Of a stretch of 42,740 nucleotides of DNA, positions 35,041-42,740 are shown one piece after another. Position 1 is the first letter of the stretch. Every line of letters begins with the position of its first letter. Below the pieces are notes generated by a model. That model did not search any database, was not told where the DNA came from, and was given only the letters and a program-made list of their open reading frames with translations. This DNA comes from a virus (Duplodnaviria > Heunggongvirae > Uroviricota > Caudoviricetes), in IMG/VR virus record IMGVR_UViG_2878930440_000003; one strand, 5' to 3'. A program made the position numbers and the translations under genes.

Positions 35041-35963
35041 TACAATTGAATAACAGTGGAGTTCTTTATGAGGACTCCACACATCAATACTTTTATGATG
35101 GTCGTGAATTAAGTGGCATTACAGGTATGCTTCATCAGTATGTATTTCCCAATATGTACTCTAACGTAAGCGAAGAGGTATTGAAGAAAGCTGCCGAAAA
35201 AGGCACTATTATCCATGAGCAGGTAGAGTTGTTTGCTTCATTGGGTATTGAGCCAGCCTCAGAGAGTGTCAAGGATTTTGTCGCTTATATCAAGAAGAAT
35301 GGATATGAGATTATAGGTAGCGAATATGTCCTTCGAATCGGAGAAGACCATGCAAGTGCAATCGACTTGGTGATGCACAAGGATGATGCACCGGACGATG
35401 AGGTTGAGATTTGGGATATTAAGGGTACTTATTCCGTTAATAAGGAGTATGTGCGTTGGCAGAACTCGATGTATAAGTTCGGTTTCGAAACATTGAATCC
35501 TCATCTGAAGGTTACACGTATATGTTGTATGTGGTTACGTGATGACGAGAAGCGTGGAACAATCTGTAAACTCATCCCATTAGGCAAGCCAAGACCAGCG
35601 AGTGATGTTAAAGAATTGTTCCGATGCGAGAAAGAAGGTCGTTTGTATAATGATGATACAAAAACACCTTATTACATTATAGATAACGAAATCGCACTCA
35701 TGGACGTTCAAGAGCGCATTGCTAAATTGCAAGAACAGGAAAAGGAGTTGAAGGCAGCTATCTTTGATGGTATGTCAAATGACAACCTAACGTCTTATAA
35801 AACTTCAATTTACACTTATTCATTGAAGTCTGCTTCTGAGAGGGTTACGTTAGACACGAAGGCTTTTGATGCGGATGACGAAGAAGCTTACAACCATCTA
35901 TTGAAAAAGTATAAAAAGGTAACTAAGGTAAAGCCTAGTTTGACCTTGAAAAGAGTTGGATAA
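35037..35963 (+). CDS. PD-(D/E)XK exonuclease (YqaJ/Cas4-like)
   Basis: LSGITGML, KGTIIHE and AIDLV...IWDIKG motifs. Confidence 0.75.
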   Translation: MIQLNNSGVLYEDSTHQYFYDGRELSGITGMLHQYVFPNMYSNVSEEVLKKAAEKGTIIHEQVELFASLGIEPASESVKDFVAYIKKNGYEIIGSEYVLRIGEDHASAIDLVMHKDDAPDDEVEIWDIKGTYSVNKEYVRWQNSMYKFGFETLNPHLKVTRICCMWLRDDEKRGTICKLIPLGKPRPASDVKELFRCEKEGRLYNDDTKTPYYIIDNEIALMDVQERIAKLQEQEKELKAAIFDGMSNDNLTSYKTSIYTYSLKSASERVTLDTKAFDADDEEAYNHLLKKYKKVTKVKPSLTLKRVG

Positions 35964-35991
35964 TTTATTGTTTTATTAAATATTTTAAGTT

Positions 35992-36444
35992 ATGTCTAAT
36001 AGTTATAAAGGTAAGATTGTTGCTATCGAAGGCATTCAATCTATTCAGAGACAAGGTAAAGAACCATTTGAAAAGAGACGTTTGATGCTTGATGCAACAC
36101 GTTTCGATGGTTTGACAGGTGAACGTGGCTACGAAAAGCGCATCATCTTTGAATTCAGTGGTAAGAATGTACATGTACCGGATGGTTTTAATGTCGGGGA
36201 TATTGCTGAAGTATTCTTTGACGTTGAATCATATCAAGGAACAAAGAAGGATGGCACAACAGACTGGTTTACATCTGTTCGTGGCTACAAGATGCAAAAG
36301 ATTGAAGCACAGAACAATGCGCCACAAGGTGGCATGCAAGCTGCTGCTAATAATCCTTTTCCACCACAAGCTCCAGCCGCAGGTTCAGCACCAATTCCAC
36401 CAGCGCAGCCGAGTGGTACTAACACATCTGATGCGCCATTTTAA
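35992..36444 (+). CDS. Single-stranded DNA-binding protein (DUF3127-like)
   Basis: OB-fold-like pattern WFTSVRGYK, Q/P/A-rich linker and acidic C-terminal DAPF. Confidence 0.75.
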   Translation: MSNSYKGKIVAIEGIQSIQRQGKEPFEKRRLMLDATRFDGLTGERGYEKRIIFEFSGKNVHVPDGFNVGDIAEVFFDVESYQGTKKDGTTDWFTSVRGYKMQKIEAQNNAPQGGMQAAANNPFPPQAPAAGSAPIPPAQPSGTNTSDAPF

Positions 36445-36453
36445 ACTTATTAT

Positions 36454-36477
36454 GGTGGAGAATTAATTTTCTCCACC
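36454..36477 (+). terminator. Hairpin terminator after ssb
   Basis: GGTGGAGAA-ttaatt-TTCTCCACC followed by TTT. Confidence 0.65.
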
Positions 36478-36492
36478 TTTCATTAAAAAAAG

Positions 36493-36969
36493 ATGGTATA
36501 TAATATGTTGAATCCGGTCGAGCTTGAAAAGTTCGAGGAACGAACCAAGGCTATGATAACCAAAGCCAAGAAACTACAAAGTGATTATTATAATGAGAAG
36601 TTCTTTGTTGTTGACCTTAAAGAGAGACAACAATCTAGGACAATCCAGCAGAATGCTTATCTGTGGGTAACAATCACTTACGTAGCTATTGAAGAAGGAT
36701 ATACTAAGGACTATATCGAACAAGAGTTCAAACGTGTAAACAAGGATATTTTTCTTAGGGAGCGTGAGAATAAACAAGGCAAGACCTTCCAATATTGGAG
36801 GCACATACCAGACCTTGACAAAGAAGAAATGTCTTTATGTATAGACCGATGGCTTCATCATTGCTCAATGGAAAGAGGATTATACATACCGACTCCACAA
36901 GACCATGCTTATATGGTATGGCAGACGCAGGTGGAGAGGCAAGCAGAATTAAATAAAGAGTTTTTATAG
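36493..36969 (+). CDS. NinB-like protein, copy B
   Basis: SRTIQQNAYLW...LDKEEMSLCIDR...LYIPTP. Confidence 0.6.
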   Translation: MVYNMLNPVELEKFEERTKAMITKAKKLQSDYYNEKFFVVDLKERQQSRTIQQNAYLWVTITYVAIEEGYTKDYIEQEFKRVNKDIFLRERENKQGKTFQYWRHIPDLDKEEMSLCIDRWLHHCSMERGLYIPTPQDHAYMVWQTQVERQAELNKEFL

Positions 36970-36976
36970 GATGCTT

Positions 36977-37050
36977 GGTGTCGTAGCTCAGTTGGATAGA
37001 GCAAATGTTTCCTAAACATTAGGTCGTGAGTTCAAGCCTCACCGATACCA
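36977..37050 (+). tRNA. trnR: tRNA-Arg(CCT)
   Basis: GGTGTCG/CGATACC acceptor, GCTC-AGTTGGATA-GAGC, AATGT-TTCCTAA-ACATT, GTGAG-TTCAAGC-CTCAC. Confidence 0.92.
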
Positions 37051-37076
37051 CATTCTCTAACATAAAAAGAAAGAAT

Positions 37077-37535
37077 ATGAAATCATTAACAGGAAAGTAT
37101 TTTATCGTAGGTGTTCGTTATGAGAAAACTCTAGAAGACGGAACGAACGCTAAAACTACAGAGCAATATGTTGTAGATGCCTTGTCATGGTCAGAATGCG
37201 AGGCTAAGACTACAGAAGAAATGGCGGTATACACAAATGGTGATATGGAGATTGTCACTATGAAGAAAGCTGGTTTCTCTGAGTTGTTCCTTTCAGAGGT
37301 AGATAGTGAGGATAAATACTACGATTGCAGTATTAACATGATTACTATTGACGAAAAATCTGGCAAGGAGAGGAAGACCAAGGTTCGTTATCTTGTGCAG
37401 GGTGATACCATTGAGAAGGCTCGTAAGAATGTAGATGAGATTATGGGTAAGACTATGATTGATTACAATATTACAAGCCTTAAGGAAACATCAATCATGG
37501 ATGTATTCTTGCATATGGGTAAACCAAAGGAGTAA
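37077..37535 (+). CDS. DUF4494-like protein
   Basis: EQYVVDALSWSECEAK and YLVQGDTIEKA. Start MKSLTG at 37077. Confidence 0.8.
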   Translation: MKSLTGKYFIVGVRYEKTLEDGTNAKTTEQYVVDALSWSECEAKTTEEMAVYTNGDMEIVTMKKAGFSELFLSEVDSEDKYYDCSINMITIDEKSGKERKTKVRYLVQGDTIEKARKNVDEIMGKTMIDYNITSLKETSIMDVFLHMGKPKE

Positions 37536-37588
37536 GGCTTTTCATTTTTCTTATTATTTAATTAGTTTGAAATCCCCCTATGGGGTGG

Positions 37589-37661
37589 TGCTGCTTAGTT
37601 CAATGGTAGAACGTCCGCCCAAATCGGAAAAAGGTTGTGGGTTCGACCCCCACAGCAGCAA
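37589..37661 (+). tRNA. Degenerate tRNA (pseudo); anticodon ambiguous, Leu(CAA) or eroded Trp(CCA)
   Basis: Perfect acceptor TGCTGCT/AGCAGCA, D-arm GTTC-AATGGTA-GAAC and T-arm GTGGG-TTCGACC-CCCAC; anticodon arm is only TCCG-CCCAAAT-CGGA. Confidence 0.7.
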
Positions 37662-37694
37662 CTATGACTTTTGGTTTGATAAAGGATAAAGATT

Positions 37695-38219
37695 ATGGGA
37701 TATTATGATAGATTCAACAAAGGTGGAAAGAAGCCTAAACACCAAAGGAGCGAGAAGCAAAAGTGGGTTGACAAGCTAGATAGGCTTATGTCGGTTTATA
37801 TCCGCATGAGAGACTCTAGAGAGTTTCACTATAAGTACTTCAGATGTATCAGTTGTGGACGAATATTGCCAATCGACCAAGCCGACAATGGGCATTATTG
37901 CGGACGAACTCATATGAGCTTGCGCTTTGATACACGTAATCAAAATGCGGAATGCAAACGATGCAACAGATTCTCTTCTGACCATCTTATCGGTTATAGA
38001 AAGAATTTAGTAATGAAGCTTGGAAGATTGGCTTATTTGCAAAAGCATCCTCACGTTCCTTTAGATATGGAAGAAGTAAAGCGGCTCGGAGAACAACAAG
38101 TCGATTTACTGGAAGTAATGAAGCATCAAGCAAAGAATTGGTCGGTGTTTGAATTACAGGAACTCTATAAATACTATGCGGCTCTAATTCTGAAAATGAA
38201 TGAAGAAAAAGACAATTAA
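37695..38219 (+). CDS. NinG/Rap-like HNH endonuclease, copy B
   Basis: LDRLMSVYIRMRD, CISC, DNGHY, RFDTRNQNAECKRCN. Confidence 0.85.
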   Translation: MGYYDRFNKGGKKPKHQRSEKQKWVDKLDRLMSVYIRMRDSREFHYKYFRCISCGRILPIDQADNGHYCGRTHMSLRFDTRNQNAECKRCNRFSSDHLIGYRKNLVMKLGRLAYLQKHPHVPLDMEEVKRLGEQQVDLLEVMKHQAKNWSVFELQELYKYYAALILKMNEEKDN

Positions 38220-38253
38220 TAAGGTTTAAATAATGTTATAGTCACAGTTATAG

Positions 38254-38331
38254 ACACTAATTTATTTGCATTATTAAATTATTCTTCGTACCTTTGCAAT
38301 CGTCTTGGTGAGACACACCATAAAAACTGTA
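38254..38331 (+). promoter_or_regulatory. Duplicate of the right early promoter plus a 25-bp leader element
   Basis: ACACTAATTTATTTGCAT (38254-38271), TACCTTTG (38289-38296) and GGTGAGACACACCATAAAAACTGTA (38307-38331); the 18-mer and 25-mer are identical to 33672-33689 and 33806-33830. Confidence 0.8.
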
Positions 38332-38416
38332 AGGTCATTTTTCTATTGGCTTTTGTTATGCATAAGACTTGTGCATTCCTATATAGTAACAAAAGTGATT
38401 TCATATTATTTGTGAA

Positions 38417-39589
38417 ATGAAGTTTAAATTAAGACCATATCAAGAAGAAGCAAGCAAGAAGGCAGTTGAGTTTTTCTTGGATGAAAAGAAAAATTGGAAC
38501 GCTCTGGAAGTGCTCCCTACTGCATCGGGCAAATCATTGATTTTGGCAGATATAGCTGCTAGGCTCAAGGATAAAGTGCTTGTGTTCTCTCCTACTAAGG
38601 AAATTTTGGAACAAAACTACAAGAAGTATTGTTCTTATGGATTTGATAATGCCAGCATCTATTCCGCTAGCTTTAAATCAAAGGAAATCAGCGATGTTAC
38701 TTTTGCTACAATTGGTAGTGTAAAAGGACATCCCGAATTGTTTACTGACTTCAAGTACATATTGATTGATGAGGTTCATTTAGTGAAACCTGAATCCGGT
38801 ATGTATAAGGAGTTTCTTGATAAATTAAAGAGTAAGGTCATAGGCTTAACCGCAACACCTTTCCGCTTGTATTCCTATCAGAACTATGGTAGCATACTGA
38901 AGTTTCTGACAAGAAGTCGAGACAAGATTTTCAAGGAGCTTATTTACTATGTTCAAGTTGAGGATATGGCAAAGAACGGATATATCTGTCTGCCAAACTA
39001 TTACTCTTGTCCACCGCCACAATGGAATGAAGGTAATTTGCAGCTAAATTCAACTTGCCGTGATTATACAGACCAAAGTGTAAAACAAGAATATGAACGT
39101 GTGGATTTGTACGGATGGCTAGTTAGTGTTGTCAATAGATTACTTAATCCGAAACGAGGTGGACAACGTAAAGGCATCTTGGTTTTTACCAAGTTCGTTA
39201 AAGAAGCTCAGATGCTGACCTATTCCATACCTAACTGCGAAATGGTCTGCGGAGAGACACCTCCTAAAGAACGTGAGGCTATCATCGAGCGTTTCCGCAA
39301 TGGGCAGACTAAGGTACTGGTAAATAGCCAAATCTTGGTCGTAGGCTTTGACTATCCGGAGTTAGATACTGTAGTGTATGCAAAGCCAACACGCTCTTTA
39401 GCGCAATACTATCAAGTTGTAGGAAGACTTCTTAGGCTATCGAAAGGAAAACAACCTTGGTTTGTTGACCTTTGCGGTACTTATGATAGATTCGGAAAAG
39501 TTGAAGACTTGAAATTGCTAGATCAAAACGGCAGAGGGAAGTGGGTAATAATGAGTGGAAATAAACAATTAACAAATGCATTTTTTTAA
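38417..39589 (+). CDS. SF2 DEAD/DEAH-box helicase
   Basis: LPTASGKS, IDEVH, GLTATP, VGFDYP and QVVGRLLR motifs. Confidence 0.92.
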   Translation: MKFKLRPYQEEASKKAVEFFLDEKKNWNALEVLPTASGKSLILADIAARLKDKVLVFSPTKEILEQNYKKYCSYGFDNASIYSASFKSKEISDVTFATIGSVKGHPELFTDFKYILIDEVHLVKPESGMYKEFLDKLKSKVIGLTATPFRLYSYQNYGSILKFLTRSRDKIFKELIYYVQVEDMAKNGYICLPNYYSCPPPQWNEGNLQLNSTCRDYTDQSVKQEYERVDLYGWLVSVVNRLLNPKRGGQRKGILVFTKFVKEAQMLTYSIPNCEMVCGETPPKEREAIIERFRNGQTKVLVNSQILVVGFDYPELDTVVYAKPTRSLAQYYQVVGRLLRLSKGKQPWFVDLCGTYDRFGKVEDLKLLDQNGRGKWVIMSGNKQLTNAFF

Positions 39590-39592
39590 GAT

Positions 39593-40288
39593 ATGGTAGT
39601 AAAATTAGACGAAAAAGCATGTAGCTTGGATGCAGATGAATTGGTCGCTTTCGTCCGTCTGTCATTTAATGCTGATAAAGACGGATATGTGTATGGGAGC
39701 AACAAGGAATTATCGGATAAGATAGGTATGTCGGTGGCAAAGACAAAAAAAGCTATTGATGGGTTATTTCAGAAACAAATGGTATCTATCGGAAACGGAA
39801 AAGTCTTTATTTGGAAACATGAAGACAACATAGAATTTGCTGAAGGTGAAGAATCTAAACCACACAAGAATGAACCTGAACGAATAGCATTGAATAACGT
39901 CCCTAGTGTACAACAAGTGGATGATAAAGCAAAAAAGGTTTGCGAATATTTCAATAAGGTTATCGCTGGAAGAGGAATGCCTCTAGTTCATGCCCTGACA
40001 TCGAAGAGAAAGTCAATAATTAATTCACGGCTTAAAGAATATGGGAGTGAGCAGATGAAGTTGATGATTGACAAGGCGGCAGCATCTTCATTCCTTAATG
40101 GTAGTAATGGATGGATGGCGAGTTTTGATTGGATTATGAGACCAAATAATTTTGTTAAAGTATTGGAAGGAAATTATGATGATAGAAAGCAAGGGACTAA
40201 TAAAGACGCAGAGCAAGGCTATTACCAAGAATCAGCCGACCTCGTGCAGCGTCTCAATCAACAGAGAAAAGCAACGAATATTCAATGA
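39593..40288 (+). CDS. Replication initiator-like protein, copy B
   Basis: N-terminal winged HTH (SNKELSDKIGMS) and C-terminal WMASFDWIMRPNNFVKVLEGNY. Confidence 0.75.
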   Translation: MVVKLDEKACSLDADELVAFVRLSFNADKDGYVYGSNKELSDKIGMSVAKTKKAIDGLFQKQMVSIGNGKVFIWKHEDNIEFAEGEESKPHKNEPERIALNNVPSVQQVDDKAKKVCEYFNKVIAGRGMPLVHALTSKRKSIINSRLKEYGSEQMKLMIDKAAASSFLNGSNGWMASFDWIMRPNNFVKVLEGNYDDRKQGTNKDAEQGYYQESADLVQRLNQQRKATNIQ

Positions 40289-41054
40289 GTACGGAACATT
40301 CGATAACGTTCTAATGTCTTTCTCTCCATCAAGCCAAGTAGGTAGTAAGATGCCAATCGGGAAAGCTTTTAAAAGCAACGCACCAACACTTACCTATCTT
40401 GACTTGTGTTATGGAGAAGGAAGTGCAATAACATGGCTTGTAGCATGGGTTTCTGATGTCTATGGTATTTGTGGCTTTGTAAATAATGAGGCTACTGAAA
40501 ATATCAAGATAATGACTGCAAATGCTATAAAGGATGAGTATTATTTCCTTAATCTGAACGAGCTGATTACTTTCTTCAAGATGTTTATTGCCGGAAAGTT
40601 TGAGAAATTCTACAAGAAGCCAAATCCGCAAGTTATAACAAAGAGCTTGAATACTTTCTGTTCCCATCGTATAGATGCCATAAAAGCAGTAGAGGCAAAT
40701 ATACAGAAAGAGAAAGAGGCTAAAGAAGATGAGGCTATCAAGCAAAATGCCATCACTTATGAAGAATGGGCGGCAAGAAAAAAAGCTAAGGGCGAGGAAG
40801 TTAATATAGAACTTATCGAAGACGAGAAAGGCAACAAGATTTTTCGGGTTAAAGCTCCTAAAGCTGATGCTAGATTAGACTCAGCTTATATGATAGTCAA
40901 GAATACAACAAATGCCGATTTTAAGGCTATATGCAAGCTAAGAGAATGTTTCGTTAAGAAATATGGTATAGACCCATACGACTTGATTAGAAATTTAGGG
41001 AATAAAAAACTTAGAGAATATGAAGAAAGAAGAAATTGTCAAGGCAATCATTAA
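40176..41054 (+). CDS. DUF6633-like replication accessory protein, copy B
   Basis: APTLTYLDLCYG...WL, LNLNELITFFKMFIAGKF. Start MMIESK at 40176 (track 40152). Confidence 0.6.
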   Translation: MMIESKGLIKTQSKAITKNQPTSCSVSINREKQRIFNEYGTFDNVLMSFSPSSQVGSKMPIGKAFKSNAPTLTYLDLCYGEGSAITWLVAWVSDVYGICGFVNNEATENIKIMTANAIKDEYYFLNLNELITFFKMFIAGKFEKFYKKPNPQVITKSLNTFCSHRIDAIKAVEANIQKEKEAKEDEAIKQNAITYEEWAARKKAKGEEVNIELIEDEKGNKIFRVKAPKADARLDSAYMIVKNTTNADFKAICKLRECFVKKYGIDPYDLIRNLGNKKLREYEERRNCQGNH

Positions 41055-41313
41055 GAACCTTAGAGATGTAAATGGCAAAAAGTTCCGCAAGGATGATGTT
41101 CAAGCCATTGTGAATTATTTCATAGACCTCACAAAGCAATCGTTGCGAAACAGAGACCGTGTTATGATACGCAGCTTTGGAACATTTGTAGTACGACATA
41201 AAAATCCCAAGCAAATTAATTGCGTGCGAACAGGAGAGAAAACGATGACAAGGGAGAAAGACCATGTGGCTTTCATTCCTTCTAATGATTTTGACTTAGA
41301 TTCAATAGTATAA
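41020..41313 (+). CDS. HU/IHF-family DNA-binding protein
   Basis: VMIRSFGTFVVRHKNPK...RTGE...VAFIPS. Confidence 0.88.
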   Translation: MKKEEIVKAIIKNLRDVNGKKFRKDDVQAIVNYFIDLTKQSLRNRDRVMIRSFGTFVVRHKNPKQINCVRTGEKTMTREKDHVAFIPSNDFDLDSIV

Positions 41314-41314
41314 A

Positions 41315-41794
41315 ATGGAGATAGCAGAAATAGAACAGATTATAGAGGCTTGCAACTTTGATGTTGCTAGCCAGACCCAAAGAGCAGAAACATTCAACGT
41401 AATTGACGCTATTGTAGAAATGCGCAAATACGAAGGTCGTTTCAACGCCAAACGTTGGGAATATGAAAATGTTAATGGACGTGGTACGATAGAAATATAT
41501 TCTAAACTCGTTGCCGGAACTCTAGAGGACAAATTAGCAGAGTTTGCTATTATATTATTCTCAATGGCCAATAAGTACAAGATGAATGTCAAATCGTTGA
41601 GGCTAGACCCAGATTCAATGAGAGACCGTTCCTTTGAAGACTTGATGATGTCTATGCTGAAGATTGAAATGACACATTACCGAGTGTTCAAGAAGATAAT
41701 AATCTTGATTGGCATGCTTTGCGGATATTGCATGATGAATGGTATTGATTTGTTGTGGTTCGTTAACAAAAGACTTTTGATAAACATTAAATAG
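41315..41794 (+). CDS. Hypothetical protein (possibly degenerate MazG-like NTP-PPase fold)
   Basis: All-helical; EDKLAEFAIILFS...GIDLLWFVNKRL pattern. Confidence 0.5.
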   Translation: MEIAEIEQIIEACNFDVASQTQRAETFNVIDAIVEMRKYEGRFNAKRWEYENVNGRGTIEIYSKLVAGTLEDKLAEFAIILFSMANKYKMNVKSLRLDPDSMRDRSFEDLMMSMLKIEMTHYRVFKKIIILIGMLCGYCMMNGIDLLWFVNKRLLINIK

Positions 41795-41802
41795 GCTAAA
41801 AT

Positions 41803-42189
41803 ATGAAGAAGTTAAAGTTAGTTTTTACAAGTACGGATTTCGCATCTTATACGAAGAGTACTATGGGTATGTTATGCAAGGTTCTTTTACGAATTCCTTA
41901 CCTTGTACTTGTAGGCATAGTTAGTACAACATGCTGGCTTGCTAAGTGTATTGTAAGGTTCTGTAAGGAGAATACAAAGGCAGCAGTAATAATAGGCTTT
42001 GCTATCTGCTTTATGGTTATGTTTGTTGAGTTTATCTATTTTAAAATTCAACTAGCAAAGAGTTCGTATCAGACAAGTGAACTTATAAAGCGGAACTATG
42101 AGCTGGAGCAGACCGACAGATACGATATAGGCTTCCATGATGCAATGGCAAAGAACAGAGAAATGCTTACACAAAATATTGAACCATGA
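41803..42189 (+). CDS. Hypothetical membrane protein
   Basis: Two hydrophobic segments. Confidence 0.6.
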   Translation: MKKLKLVFTSTDFASYTKSTMGMLCKVLLRIPYLVLVGIVSTTCWLAKCIVRFCKENTKAAVIIGFAICFMVMFVEFIYFKIQLAKSSYQTSELIKRNYELEQTDRYDIGFHDAMAKNREMLTQNIEP

Positions 42190-42446
42190 CAAACGAATTC
42201 AATGATGCGTTTACGAGAGCGCAAGCTTTGCAGAGGAGGTTCAACCCAGATTACATGAACTCCTTTTCGATAGCAATTAAATATGATAGCTATTACGAGG
42301 AATACATGGAGATTGAATTGAGAACAGATAATGATAAGTTCTTTATTTCTACATTGACATGCGTTTACGAAGAGGATTATACTCTAAGATTAGACGAATT
42401 AGAAAAAACAATAGATAAATTATTAACAGATGAAGACAATGAATAA
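42186..42446 (+). CDS. Hypothetical protein
   Basis: 86-aa acidic ORF coupled to neighbours. Confidence 0.6.
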   Translation: MTNEFNDAFTRAQALQRRFNPDYMNSFSIAIKYDSYYEEYMEIELRTDNDKFFISTLTCVYEEDYTLRLDELEKTIDKLLTDEDNE

Positions 42447-42740
42447 AAAAGTTATTTTTGTAAGCCTGTTGGATATTATAAGTATTCCATCGGGTAACGA
42501 GCATCCTATAGATATTACGGATTTTCAGCTAAAGCACGATTTCTTTAGAGCGTTGCAAGCAGATAATAATATAGTCCGTGTCAACATCTTAGGATATGAC
42601 AAGAACCAAGTAATGTATTCAAGCGATATAACATTCAAGAAAATGGTATCGGTTATTTCATACGAAATTGCTATGTATACAGTTAATGCGGTAGTTCCAT
42701 ATTGCTCTACTGATAATATTGATGATACTTTTGTTGATGC
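42439..42740 (+). CDS. Partial ORF, HAD/PNKP-phosphatase-like with degenerate motif I
   Basis: Manual translation MNKKVIFVSLLDIISIPSGNEHPIDITDFQLK..., open to the window edge. Confidence 0.5.
   Translation, partial: MNKKVIFVSLLDIISIPSGNEHPIDITDFQLKHDFFRALQADNNIVRVNILGYDKNQVMYSSDITFKKMVSVISYEIAMYTVNAVVPYCSTDNIDDTFVD

Noticed and set aside
1-42740. Diversity-generating retroelement, retron or alternative genetic code
   Set aside because: No reverse transcriptase and no TR/VR pair were seen; long ORFs are intact in the standard code.

Overview
The whole window is temperate phage DNA from a Bacteroidota host, most likely Prevotella/Segatella-like (TAnnTTTG promoters, AT-rich leaders without Shine-Dalgarno sites, DUF3127/DUF4494-type genes). 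No host housekeeping genes are visible. (1) 1-14261: podovirus-type morphogenesis genes diverging from a bidirectional promoter: scaffold, major capsid, adaptor and tail protein leftward; portal, three connector-like proteins, TerS, TerL and a nozzle-like protein rightward. (2) 14381-15254: a rhomboid protease and a conserved hypothetical protein. (3) 15456-18050: membrane proteins and a holin/amidase/spanin lysis cassette. (4) 18164-30294: a complete leftward early region (Cro, tRNA-like RNAs, NinG, dUTPase, AAA ATPase, RecT, MBL nuclease, NinB, replication pair, 29x27-bp repeat gene, methyltransferase) with its own small repressor. (5) 30864-32410: tyrosine integrase and a tRNA-Arg(TCT)-derived att site. 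(6) 32446-42740: a second complete early region running rightward (triple-HTH S24 repressor, Rad52/Sak-like protein, exonuclease, SSB, NinB, tRNA-Arg(CCT), NinG, helicase, replication pair, HU). The best leads are a major capsid protein with an N-terminal signal-peptide/TM segment in a phage that encodes a rhomboid protease but shows no head protease in this window; a 16-bp late-promoter box at fixed spacing at three promoters; duplicated early modules around a hybrid-looking att site containing a D-arm-deleted tRNA; and two non-canonical tRNA-like RNAs. All protein family calls come from motif recognition by eye, not from database searches.
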